Positions 29,045 to 38,019 of a stretch of 49,572 bases of DNA are shown here, one piece after another. The DNA is from an uncultured Chthoniobacter sp. (GTDB lineage: Bacteria > Verrucomicrobiota > Verrucomicrobiia > Chthoniobacterales > Terrimicrobiaceae). Under the pieces are notes generated by a model. It worked only from the letters and a program-made list of their open reading frames with translations, did no database searches and was not told the DNA's origin. A program made the translations under genes and the position numbers. Each line of letters begins with the position of its first letter. The first letter of the stretch is position 1. The DNA lies in assembly GCA_964403605.1 (NCBI GenBank), contig CAYOGR010000001.1:1-49572 (forward strand), given 5' to 3'.

Positions 29045-29778
29045 GCCCGACGGCGAAGCAACCCCGGCAGGCGCACGGGCCACTCCAGCAGCAATCGCGC
29101 GTGCGCCGCAACGAGCAGCAGATTGTCGCGCAGATAACGGAAATGGGACACCCCACCCTCCGCTCGCGGCGGATAAGTGACCGGCACAGGAATGTTGATA
29201 CAGGGCAAACCAGCCCACGAGAGCCTCACGGCGAGAATCGTGTCGAAATCAAACCTCCGTCCCCAGCGCGTCCCCTCCATCACCGCCAACGAAGGCTCGA
29301 TCGGATAAAGTCGAAATCCGAAAAGGGAATCCCTCGCCCCGAGGTCCAGGGTTTCGAGACGCGCAAAGGAATTGCCGACAACCCGCCCCTTGACCCGCTC
29401 CGGCGGAGCATCCGGACCAAAAACCGGAACTCCGCAAAGAAACGCCTCGGGATTTTTTTCAGCGGCCTCCAAGAACGGACGAATCCTCCCCGCCGGATGT
29501 TGTCCGTCGGCATCCATCGCGAGCAAATGAGTGAACCCCTCGCGAGAAGATTTCCGGAGGGCTTCCAGGATCGCGCCGCCCTTGCCCGAATTTTTTGGCA
29601 ATCTCAAAAAGCGCACTCCCTCCAAGCCCAGCACCTCGGCCTCGCGATCGCTGCCATCCGTGCTTCCATCCACCACCACCCACACATCGGAATGCACCGC
29701 CCGAGCCTCCTGTAGAGTGCGCGCAAGTTGGGAACCGCTATTGTAGGAGGGCAGGACGACTAGCGGACGAAAACTCAT
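29017..29778 (-). CDS. Family 2 glycosyltransferase
   Basis: LVVLPSYNSGSQL...VVVDGSTDGSD...LPKNSGKGGA...AMDADGQH are GT2 motifs (DxD-like DAD). The ATG at 29778 is chosen within track ORF ending at 29823. Confidence 0.85.
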   Translation of the reverse strand: MSFRPLVVLPSYNSGSQLARTLQEARAVHSDVWVVVDGSTDGSDREAEVLGLEGVRFLRLPKNSGKGGAILEALRKSSREGFTHLLAMDADGQHPAGRIRPFLEAAEKNPEAFLCGVPVFGPDAPPERVKGRVVGNSFARLETLDLGARDSLFGFRLYPIEPSLAVMEGTRWGRRFDFDTILAVRLSWAGLPCINIPVPVTYPPRAEGGVSHFRYLRDNLLLVAAHARLLLEWPVRLPGLLRRRAQAGLRISQ

Positions 29779-29868
29779 GGAGCCCCTTCCAAATATCGGG
29801 GGGCGCGCTCGCTTGGAAGGCAATGTTCATTGAAGTTTTCGCCGGATCGTGTTCCCTCCTTCCACGAT

Positions 29869-30990
29869 ATGGAAAAGTCCGCGCACCCGCATGTCTTGAA
29901 TCTCGTAGCCTACGAACCGGGCAAGCCCGTCGAGGAACTCGCCCGCGAAATGGGCCTCAAGCCTTCCGAAATCATCAAGCTCGCCTCGAACGAAAACCCG
30001 CTCGGCCCCTCGCCGCTGGCCATTCAGGCGATGCGCGATACCCTGGAGCGATCCCATTTTTACCCCGATGGCGGCGCCTGGGCCTTGCGCAACGCCATTG
30101 CCGAAAAACTCGACCTCGACCGCGCGAACATCATCCTCGGCAACGGCTCGAACGAAATCATCGAATTCATCGGCCACGCCTTTCTCAAACCCGGCGACGA
30201 AGTGGTCACGGCCGGCCACGCCTTCGCCGTTTACAGTCTCATGGCCCAACTCTTCGGCGCAAAAACCATCGAGGTTCCCGACCCGGATTTCACCCATGAC
30301 CTGGACGCGATGCTCGCCGCCATCACTCCCCGCACCCGGCAGGTTTTCATCGCGAATCCCAACAACCCCACCGGCACACTTGTCGGCCAGGAAGCGATCG
30401 ACCGCTTCATGTCCCGCGTGCCCGACCATGTCCTCGTGATCTTCGACGAAGCCTACTACGAGTTCCTCGATACCCCGCCGGATGTCCTTCGCTATGTGCG
30501 CGAAGACCGGAATGTCGTCGTCATGCGAACCTTTTCGAAAATCCAAGGCCTCGCGAACCTCCGCATCGGCTATGGTCTCGCACCCGCCCGAATCGCCGAG
30601 GTTCTTCAAAAAACCCGCCAACCTTTCAACGCAAACGGCATCGCCCAGGCCGGTGCGCTCGCCGGACTCGCCGATGAAGACCACATGCGCCGCACCCGAG
30701 AACTCACCCACGAGGGCCGCAACTACCTGCAGGCCGAATTCACCGCGATGGGACTGACCTTTGTCCCCAGCGCCGCGAATTTCGTGCTCGTGCATGTGGG
30801 CGACGGCGACGCTGTCTTCAAAACCCTCCTCCGCCGCGGCCTCATCGTCCGCGCCATGCGCAGCTACAAGCTCCCGGAGTGGATTCGCGTGTCAGTGGGA
30901 ACGATGGAGCAAAACCGCGCATTCATCGAAAACCTCCGACTCCTCAATCAAGAAGGCCTCTTGAAAAAAGGCGAACCCCTCGCCGCCTGA
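29869..30990 (+). CDS. hisC: Histidinol-phosphate aminotransferase
   Basis: LASNENPLGPSP, NPNNPTG, and TFSKIQGLANLRIGY (PLP lysine). Confidence 0.9.
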   Translation: MEKSAHPHVLNLVAYEPGKPVEELAREMGLKPSEIIKLASNENPLGPSPLAIQAMRDTLERSHFYPDGGAWALRNAIAEKLDLDRANIILGNGSNEIIEFIGHAFLKPGDEVVTAGHAFAVYSLMAQLFGAKTIEVPDPDFTHDLDAMLAAITPRTRQVFIANPNNPTGTLVGQEAIDRFMSRVPDHVLVIFDEAYYEFLDTPPDVLRYVREDRNVVVMRTFSKIQGLANLRIGYGLAPARIAEVLQKTRQPFNANGIAQAGALAGLADEDHMRRTRELTHEGRNYLQAEFTAMGLTFVPSAANFVLVHVGDGDAVFKTLLRRGLIVRAMRSYKLPEWIRVSVGTMEQNRAFIENLRLLNQEGLLKKGEPLAA

Positions 30991-32312
30991 TGGCAGCCTA
31001 CGAGGAAACCATCGCCGCCGTAGCCACTCCACCCGGCGAGGGAGCCATCGCCATGGTTCGCCTCTCGGGGCCCGACACACAAAAAATCCTCGCGGGAATT
31101 TTCAAAGCCCGCTCGCCGCGCCCAAAACCTCGGAAGGCGACCTTTGGAAAAATCCTCGATGGCGAGGAAATGGTCGACCAAGTCCTCGTTACCACCTTTG
31201 AGGCCCCAGCGAGTTTCACAGGTGAGGATATGGCCGAAATCTGCTGTCACGGCGGAGTCCTCCTCGCCGCCAAAATTCTCGAACTCGTCCTGCGCCACGG
31301 AGCCCGTGCCGCTGAGCCCGGCGAGTTTTCGCAACGCGCTTTCTTCAACGGGAAGATCGACCTCACCCGTGCCGAGGCGATCATGGACATCATCTCCGCG
31401 CGCACTCCCCTCGCCCTCCGTGCCGCCGCCCAGCAACTTGAAGGCCGACTCGGCTCCGAAATCCTCTCCCTGCGCGACTCCACACTTGAAACCGTCGCGC
31501 ACCTCGAAGCCTTTATCGATTTTCCCGAGGAAGGCATCGATCCCGCCACCGGCCAACTTCTCCTCGAAAAAATCCAAACCCTCCTCGCCCGCACCACCGC
31601 GCTCCTCGCCACCGCCGACGAGGGCCGCATCCTTCGCGAAGGCGTGCGAGTCGCCATCGCCGGAAAACCCAACGCCGGAAAATCCAGCCTTCTCAACCGC
31701 CTCCTCGGCATGGACCGCGCCATCGTCAGCGAAATTCCCGGCACCACCCGCGACACCATCGAGGAAACCGCCTGCCTGCGCGGCATTCTCTACCGCCTCA
31801 CCGATACCGCCGGACTCCGCAAAACCGCGGACCCCATCGAACGCGAAGGCGTCGCCCGCACCGAACGCGTCCTTGAATCCGCCGATCTCGTTCTTCATCT
31901 CTTCGACGCCTCGTCCGAGGAAATCCCGGTCGCCCTGCGCGAGAACGAGCTTCTCGTCGCCAACAAATCCGACCTCCCCTGCCCGGAGTTGCCTGTTCAC
32001 GCGATTCCTGTTTCCTGCGCCACGGGTGCCGGGTTTGACCAACTCCTGGACGCCATGGCCGAAGCGGCCGGTCTCCGACACCTGACCTCCGGCCAATCCC
32101 TCGCCGCGATCAACTCCCGCCACAAAGCCCTCCTCGAATCCTCACGCGCCTCGCTCGAATCCGCCTCGACCTTGGTTCAAGCCAACCAGCCACCCGAACT
32201 CGCCGCCATCGAACTCCGCGCCGCACTGGATTTCCTCGGCCGCATCGTCGGCAATGCCGATACCGAAGACATCCTCGGCGAAATCTTCAGCCGCTTCTGC
32301 ATCGGGAAATAA
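30990..32312 (+). CDS. mnmE: tRNA uridine-5-carboxymethylaminomethyl modification GTPase MnmE
   Basis: TIAAVATPPGEGAIAMVRLSG, G domain GKPNAGKSSLLN and DTAG, C-terminal FCIGK. The ATG shares 1 nt with the hisC stop (TGATG). Confidence 0.95.
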   Translation: MAAYEETIAAVATPPGEGAIAMVRLSGPDTQKILAGIFKARSPRPKPRKATFGKILDGEEMVDQVLVTTFEAPASFTGEDMAEICCHGGVLLAAKILELVLRHGARAAEPGEFSQRAFFNGKIDLTRAEAIMDIISARTPLALRAAAQQLEGRLGSEILSLRDSTLETVAHLEAFIDFPEEGIDPATGQLLLEKIQTLLARTTALLATADEGRILREGVRVAIAGKPNAGKSSLLNRLLGMDRAIVSEIPGTTRDTIEETACLRGILYRLTDTAGLRKTADPIEREGVARTERVLESADLVLHLFDASSEEIPVALRENELLVANKSDLPCPELPVHAIPVSCATGAGFDQLLDAMAEAAGLRHLTSGQSLAAINSRHKALLESSRASLESASTLVQANQPPELAAIELRAALDFLGRIVGNADTEDILGEIFSRFCIGK

Positions 32313-32377
32313 AAAAACTCCGCTCCCGAGTTCACCAGCCGACGGTATCCCTTTGCCACGGTCACCTGCTGGCAGCC

Positions 32378-33784
32378 TCAACCTGTGGTGGCGAGGTTGT
32401 CGGCGATTTCCTCGGCGGGATAACTCCAGATTTCCGAAAGCGTGGGGTGGTAGTGCGGGATGGAGGAGAATTCGCGGACAGTGGCGCGGTAGTGCATTGC
32501 CACAACGACTTCGTGAATCAACTCCGAGGCCTCAGGGCCGACGACGGAGGCGCCAAGGATTTCGCCGGAATCCCGGCGGGCGAGGAGTTTCACGAACCCC
32601 TCGGTTTCACCCATGACGAGGGATTTGCCATGATCGTTGAATGGGTAGCTGGCGGCGAGAAATTCGACGCCGGCGGCTCGGAGTTCGGCCTCCGTTGCGC
32701 CTGCCGTGGCAAGCTGGGGCTCGGTAAAAACCGCAAACAGTTTGAGCCGGTAATCCATCTCGCGGAGAGCCTCCACGCTGCGACCTAGTTTAACCGCCGC
32801 GTTGTGGGCCGCGATTTCGCCCTGCTGGATCGCGATGTGGACGACTTCCAGACCTCCACAAACATCCCCGGCGGCGAAAACATGGGGTTCCGAGGTCGAT
32901 TGGTCGGCATGGACCGAGATTCGTCCATGGGAACTCGCCAGGCCAAGGGGCTCCAATCCTTCGAGACGCGGCTTGCGCCCCAGAGCGTTGAGAACGCGTG
33001 CGGCTTCGAGATGTTTGATCTCCGAACCGTGCTCGAAGGAAACCCGCGCGTGGACCGTGTCGTCGGAGACATGGAGCAGCCCGGTGTCGGTAAAGATGTC
33101 GATGCCATCGCGGCGCATGGCCTCCTCGAGGGCCATGGCCACATCGGGATCGACGGATTTCAAAATCCGGGAACTGCGCTGGACAATCGTCACTCTGGAT
33201 CCGAAGGCTCGGCAGTAGCTGGCCATTTCCAGGGCCACAGGCCCCGCGCCCAGAATGATGAGGGATTCGGGGATGCGCTCAAGGTCGAGGAGTTCGTCGC
33301 TGGTGAGGCATCGCGATTCCGCCAACCCGGGCACCTGGGGAAAGGCGATCTCGGAGCCCGTGGCGATCAGAAAAGTCCTCGCGCTCAGCGTGGAGGTTTG
33401 CCCGTCCGGCGCATGGATGCGGATCGAGTGGGCATCCAGGAACTCGGCCCTCCCCCGCAGGAAAGTGAATTTCCCCGACTCCAACTGCCCCCGACGGTAG
33501 TCGGCAAATTCGGCGACGAGGCGTTTTTTTCGGGCAATGATCGCGGAGGCGTTGAATTCCGGCGTTCCGCACGAGAGGCCAAATTCCCCCGCCTTTTTCA
33601 AAATGCGGAACCGGTGGGCGGATTCGAGAAGCGTCTTGCTGGGCATGCAGCCGCGAAGAATGCAAAGTCCACCGATCTCCGTGCCGCCTTCGACAACGAC
33701 TGTTTTAAGTCCAAGACCGACCGCCGTGCGGGCCCCGGCGTATCCCGCGCTACCTCCCCCGATCACCGCAAAATCGTAGTCCAT
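32378..33784 (-). CDS. Flavoprotein disulfide reductase (dihydrolipoyl dehydrogenase / mercuric-reductase-like family)
   Basis: FAD motif VIGGGSAGYAG, redox-active disulfide GLCILRGCMPSK, NAD motif ILGAGPVALE, C-terminal His-Glu dyad HYHPTLSE. Confidence 0.85.
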   Translation of the reverse strand: MDYDFAVIGGGSAGYAGARTAVGLGLKTVVVEGGTEIGGLCILRGCMPSKTLLESAHRFRILKKAGEFGLSCGTPEFNASAIIARKKRLVAEFADYRRGQLESGKFTFLRGRAEFLDAHSIRIHAPDGQTSTLSARTFLIATGSEIAFPQVPGLAESRCLTSDELLDLERIPESLIILGAGPVALEMASYCRAFGSRVTIVQRSSRILKSVDPDVAMALEEAMRRDGIDIFTDTGLLHVSDDTVHARVSFEHGSEIKHLEAARVLNALGRKPRLEGLEPLGLASSHGRISVHADQSTSEPHVFAAGDVCGGLEVVHIAIQQGEIAAHNAAVKLGRSVEALREMDYRLKLFAVFTEPQLATAGATEAELRAAGVEFLAASYPFNDHGKSLVMGETEGFVKLLARRDSGEILGASVVGPEASELIHEVVVAMHYRATVREFSSIPHYHPTLSEIWSYPAEEIADNLATTG

Positions 33785-33874
33785 GCGATGGGCTTATCTC
33801 CTCTCGGCACCCAAGAAAAGCTCAAGCGGCTTTCCACTCGCCACGGGGTCGTCTAGGGTTTCCCCGATAAAAAG

Positions 33875-35074
33875 ATGAAAACGCCTTTCGATCCGATTCC
33901 CGATGTCCTCTCCGATATTCGCCGGGGGCGCATGGTGATTGTCACCGACGACGCCGACCGCGAAAACGAGGGGGACCTGGTGATGGCGGCCTCGAAAGTG
34001 ACTGCGAACGCGGTGAATTTCATGGCGAAATTCGGCCGCGGGTTGATTTGCGCGCCGATCACCGAGGAGCGTGCCGCGCAGCTCGGCCTGCAACGAATGG
34101 TCGCCAAGAACCGCGAGTTTTTCAAAACCGACTTCACTGTTTCCGTGGATGCGACCCATGGGATCACAACGGGGATCAGCACCAAAGACCGCGCGGCCAC
34201 GATCCGAGTCCTCTCCGATGCCAACACAAAGCCCGGCGACCTGATTCAGCCAGGGCATGTTTTTCCGCTGCAAGCCAAGGCCGGCGGCGTGCTTCGGCGC
34301 GCCGGCCACACCGAGGCGGCGATCGACCTCGCGCGGCTCGCCGGCCTCGATTCCTCCGGCGTGATTTGCGAGATCATGAAGGACGACGGCTCGATGGCCC
34401 GGCTGCCGGACTTGATCAAATTCAAACGCAGGCACGGCCTGAAAATGTGCTCGATCCAGGATCTCATCGCCCACCGCCGCAAGAGCGAGCGTCTCGTGGA
34501 GTGCGAGGAGAAGATCGTGCTGCCCACGGACTACGGGGATTTCAATCTGCATCTCTACCGGTCGCTGCTCGATGACATGCACCACATCGCGTTGGTGAAA
34601 GGAAAGGTCTCCTCCTCCAAACCCGTGTTGGTGCGCGTCCACAGCGAATGCCTCACCGGCGATGTCTTCGGCTCCCGGCGTTGCGACTGCGGCCCCCAGC
34701 TCCAGCAGGCCATGCAGCGCATTCAAAAAGAGGGCGCCGGCGTGCTGCTCTACATGCGGCAGGAGGGCCGTGGAATCGGCCTCGGGCCTAAAATCCGTGC
34801 CTACAAGCTTCAAGAGCAGGGACTGGACACCGTCGAAGCCAACGAGCGCCTGGGATACCCCATGGATCTGCGCGACTACGGCCTTGGCGCCCAAATCCTC
34901 GCCGATCTCGGCATTCACAAAATCCGGCTCCTCACCAACAACCCACGCAAGGTCGTCGGCCTGGAGGCCTACGACATCGAGATTGTCGAGCAACTCCCGA
35001 TCCGCTCGGCGGCGAATCCCCACAACGCCCGGTATCTCGAGACCAAGAGAAAAAAAATGGGCCACAAGCTCTGA
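33875..35074 (+). CDS. ribBA: Bifunctional 3,4-dihydroxy-2-butanone-4-phosphate synthase / GTP cyclohydrolase II
   Basis: DDADRENEGDL and RAGHTEA (RibB), followed by VRVHSECLTGDVFGSRRCDCG and NPRK (RibA). Confidence 0.95.
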   Translation: MKTPFDPIPDVLSDIRRGRMVIVTDDADRENEGDLVMAASKVTANAVNFMAKFGRGLICAPITEERAAQLGLQRMVAKNREFFKTDFTVSVDATHGITTGISTKDRAATIRVLSDANTKPGDLIQPGHVFPLQAKAGGVLRRAGHTEAAIDLARLAGLDSSGVICEIMKDDGSMARLPDLIKFKRRHGLKMCSIQDLIAHRRKSERLVECEEKIVLPTDYGDFNLHLYRSLLDDMHHIALVKGKVSSSKPVLVRVHSECLTGDVFGSRRCDCGPQLQQAMQRIQKEGAGVLLYMRQEGRGIGLGPKIRAYKLQEQGLDTVEANERLGYPMDLRDYGLGAQILADLGIHKIRLLTNNPRKVVGLEAYDIEIVEQLPIRSAANPHNARYLETKRKKMGHKL

Positions 35075-35107
35075 TTGGATCACTCATCCCGCCTCATAGG
35101 TGACCCC

Positions 35108-35971
35108 CTAGCGGCGCATGACGGGGGATTTGACTTCCAAAGCGATCCGGCGGGCATGGGTGCGCAGGCACGATCTGCCGCGACGGGCGCGCGCCATGAT
35201 TTCCCGGGCCTCACCGGCTCCGCTAATTTCCAGGATCATGGCCCCGCGAAACCCGACTTGCACCAACTCGCGGACAAAGTTCCCCCACTCGATCCTCCCC
35301 TCGCCCGGCGGGAGATGTTCGTCACTGTGGCCTTTGTTGTCGTGCACATGGAGCATCCGGAGGTGGGGGCCGAGTTTGTAAACCAGAGGATAAAGATCGC
35401 CCGCGAGGAAAGCGTGCCCGGTGTCGAGACACGCTCCGACCTCGTTTGTGTCGAGCGCGCCCAGAATCCACACGATGTCGCTGGAACTTCCGAAGAGCAG
35501 GTGGGGAAGCTTGTTTTCAAGAACGCATTGGATGCCCGTTTCGGAGCACCGAACAGCGACGCGATTCAGAACCGAAACGACATTCTCGATCCGGACCATG
35601 CGTTCCTCGCGGGATGGGATGTCTGCATTTTCAGGCCCGGGATGGATGACAAAATAGTGCACGCCGAGCAGCGAGGCCGCATCGACGGCACGGAGGATTT
35701 CGTCGAACGCGTGCTCGCGCGTTCCGAAATCGGGCGATGAGATGTCGATGTCCCTCGCGAACGGGGCATGGAACGAGTAGGCCTCCATGCCCAGCTCCTC
35801 GATGCGGTGCGCGGCCTCGCGAACGGCTGCAAGATTCTTGTAATCGAGATGGGACGGCGAAAAAACCACCTCGATCATGCTGAATCCACTTTCCCGAATG
35901 GCCTCGAGGCACTCGAGAATCGGGGTGTGATGAAAGCAGCCTGTGGAAAGCCCGATCGGCCAACTTGTCAT
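35108..35971 (-). CDS. Xylose-isomerase-like / endonuclease IV-like TIM-barrel protein (AP_endonuc_2 fold)
   Basis: From the ATG at 35971: MTSWPIGLSTGCFHH...FHAP...FVIHPGP...VLEN...VGACLDTGHAFLAG...LHVHDN...DEHLPPGEGRIEW...MILEI. This matches the nine-ligand metal-site pattern shared by Endo IV and sugar isomerases. ATGA overlap with the upstream gene. The track ORF (to 36214) runs into that gene. Confidence 0.85.
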   Translation of the reverse strand: MTSWPIGLSTGCFHHTPILECLEAIRESGFSMIEVVFSPSHLDYKNLAAVREAAHRIEELGMEAYSFHAPFARDIDISSPDFGTREHAFDEILRAVDAASLLGVHYFVIHPGPENADIPSREERMVRIENVVSVLNRVAVRCSETGIQCVLENKLPHLLFGSSSDIVWILGALDTNEVGACLDTGHAFLAGDLYPLVYKLGPHLRMLHVHDNKGHSDEHLPPGEGRIEWGNFVRELVQVGFRGAMILEISGAGEAREIMARARRGRSCLRTHARRIALEVKSPVMRR

Positions 35972-37392
35972 AATCGAAGCTCCAGTTGTTTTGCGGGCTG
36001 GCGGAGCGCGCGGGGTTCGGGCAGCGTTTCCACGCCCGACTCCCGGCCCCGGATACGGGCGAGTTCCCCGTCGAGGCGGGTTTTCGCGGAGGAAAAAATC
36101 CTCACATAGAAATCCGCGCGCATGGCGGGCGAATAGTCGATCCACTGGCGGCCCCAATCGTGGTCGCGCTCGAACTTGGATCGTATCAACCCCGCAATGT
36201 GCCGCGGATGCCAACCAAGCCCGAGAAGGCTCTCGGTGACACTTCGTATCCCGGAGGGTTTCAGCAAAAGATCATTGGGAAACATCAGCGCGTTTCTCGC
36301 CTCCGTCGGAAGGTTGCCAAGCGGGGTGCGGTCATAAGTCGAGGGCCAGCGCTCCGGGGCGTCATGGGTGGCCGAATAGAAGTATTCATGAAATCGACGG
36401 AGGGCGGTGCCACGATACTGCCGGATCAGACTGGCCATGCCGAAAGTCTGATCGGGAATGCGGGTGGAAAGTTGGCCAGCCAACCGCGTGGCGAGCCCAG
36501 GGTCGCGCATGACCACCATTGCTTGTCGAATATCCAAGCCATCCACCGGCACAAAGATGATCGGACCGATCTTGGAAATGTTGTTGCTGCCGACCGCATA
36601 CAACTGCTGCCAGGGCTTGAGATACGCGCTGAAGGGCACCCTCACCGTGCGCGTGTAGAGCGGATCCCCGTATTCGGAGAGATCAATCGATATCATTTCG
36701 CGTCCCCTCCCCGAGGGAGCCACCTCGACGGCTGTGAGTTCGATGGGGATCTCGGACTCCGGGCGCGCCAACTCGATGACGAGGCGTCCGAGGAATTCCA
36801 TCACCAATCCAAGCCCGGCGAAGGCATGGGCGAGCACGGGGTAATCCCGTCCATTCCTGGGACTCGGCGGGAATGGATCCCCGATGAAGGCTTTTTTTCC
36901 CATCCCGGCGAGGGATTCAAACACTTCGGAGGAGCGGTCGATGCGCCAGGCGAAATGGTGGCCACGCCCGCTCAGCACATGCAGGGCCTCAATGCCGTGG
37001 TAATCGAGCACACGCCGGATCGCGCGGGCGACCGGTTCCTGCATGAGGAATGCCCGGGCGGGATCGAGATAGGCCTCGGCGGGAAAATCAAAATTCACAT
37101 ACTCCACATCGAGGTGGGCGATGAGCGATTCGCGATCCCAGAGCGAGCGGCAAATATCCAACCCCTCCTCGAGGCGGTCGAAAAGCTCCTCCGGATTGCG
37201 TGGGGTCCGCGCCGGTTGCCCGACTCCGTCCGCAGTGATGAATTCACAGGTGGCCGCCGCCGGAGTCTCGCCGCCGAGAAATTCCATGATACGGGCGCGC
37301 ACCGCCGGCGAGCGGTAGTATTCGCGATAAGTCTTGAGGATGTCCTGCATGGAACGGCGGTGCGGTTTTTCGTGCGTGCCCGCGGGGGGCAC
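35968..37392 (-). CDS. Uncharacterised 474-aa protein with archaeo-eukaryotic primase (AEP)-like motif series
   Basis: Protein-like composition, unlike the equally long antisense ORF 35986..37422. Ordered motifs: AHLDVEY (D95/E97), LSGRGHHF (S141-H146), ISIDLSEY (D237), VRVPFSAYLK (R251...K259). The start may instead be M15 (37350). Confidence 0.7.
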   Translation of the reverse strand: MPPAGTHEKPHRRSMQDILKTYREYYRSPAVRARIMEFLGGETPAAATCEFITADGVGQPARTPRNPEELFDRLEEGLDICRSLWDRESLIAHLDVEYVNFDFPAEAYLDPARAFLMQEPVARAIRRVLDYHGIEALHVLSGRGHHFAWRIDRSSEVFESLAGMGKKAFIGDPFPPSPRNGRDYPVLAHAFAGLGLVMEFLGRLVIELARPESEIPIELTAVEVAPSGRGREMISIDLSEYGDPLYTRTVRVPFSAYLKPWQQLYAVGSNNISKIGPIIFVPVDGLDIRQAMVVMRDPGLATRLAGQLSTRIPDQTFGMASLIRQYRGTALRRFHEYFYSATHDAPERWPSTYDRTPLGNLPTEARNALMFPNDLLLKPSGIRSVTESLLGLGWHPRHIAGLIRSKFERDHDWGRQWIDYSPAMRADFYVRIFSSAKTRLDGELARIRGRESGVETLPEPRALRQPAKQLELRL

Positions 37393-37418
37393 GCACGAGG
37401 AGGCCGCTCCTTGTTTTT

Positions 37419-37865
37419 TTAACTCACCGGAATTTCCAGTGTCTTGTGCATGGCTCCCTCCCCCTTGGGTAGATGCACTTTCAGGAGGCCATCCTTGAAC
37501 TCGGCGGAGACATTTTTTCGTTCTGTCCCCTCCGGGAGGGTGAAGCTTCGCTCGAAAGCTCCATAATTTCGTTCAATGCGATGGAAGCGGCGACCCGTTT
37601 CCTCCTTCTCCAGCTTGCGTTCTCCGGAGATGCGGATGGAACCGTTCTCCAGCTCCACTTTCACATTCTCCTTCCTCACCTCGGGAAGCTCGGCCTTGAT
37701 GGTGTATTCCTTGTCGCTCTCCTCGACATCCACCAGCGGACACCATTCCGTGCTGGAGATCGGTTCGTCGATCGAGGGCAGCAGTGACCTCGAAAAGAGC
37801 GTGTTCATGCGGTTGGCCATTTGTTCGAACTCCCTTAAGGGATTCCATTTGATCAGTGTATTCAT
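37419..37865 (-). CDS. Small heat-shock protein (Hsp20 / alpha-crystallin family)
   Basis: Alpha-crystallin domain: PLVDVEESDKEYTIKAELPEVRKENVKVELENGSIRISGER...ERNYGAFERSFTLPEG...AEFKDGLLKVHLPK. Confidence 0.95.
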   Translation of the reverse strand: MNTLIKWNPLREFEQMANRMNTLFSRSLLPSIDEPISSTEWCPLVDVEESDKEYTIKAELPEVRKENVKVELENGSIRISGERKLEKEETGRRFHRIERNYGAFERSFTLPEGTERKNVSAEFKDGLLKVHLPKGEGAMHKTLEIPVS

Positions 37866-38019
37866 TGTTGGTTCATGAACCGGCGTTGTTTTGAACGATC
37901 CTCCGAAGCCGGTGTCCGGCGGACCGAATGGGTTCGATTCCGCGGAACCGGAACCACACCCCCACCAGACAGCCTTCCAGAGCCTGCCTCAATAGGGTGT
38001 AGTCCCGACTGCGGCTTGC

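Noticed and set aside
33785-33874. Expected FMN riboswitch upstream of ribBA.
   Set aside because: Only 90 bp are available, and no RFN-like conserved core or multi-stem junction is visible.
35972-36214. N-terminal 81-aa extension of the TIM-barrel ORF (track start 36214).
   Set aside because: The extension lies entirely inside the upstream 474-aa gene in another frame and is Arg/Pro/Gly-rich. The family-typical N-terminus begins at the ATG at 35971, which forms an ATGA junction with the upstream stop.
37931-37941. GGTTCGATTCC, a tRNA T-loop-like sequence in the GH-hsp20 spacer (possible tRNA or tRNA remnant).
   Set aside because: The flanks do not form a T-stem (ATGGG versus CCGCG). No acceptor, D or anticodon arms can be drawn on either strand.
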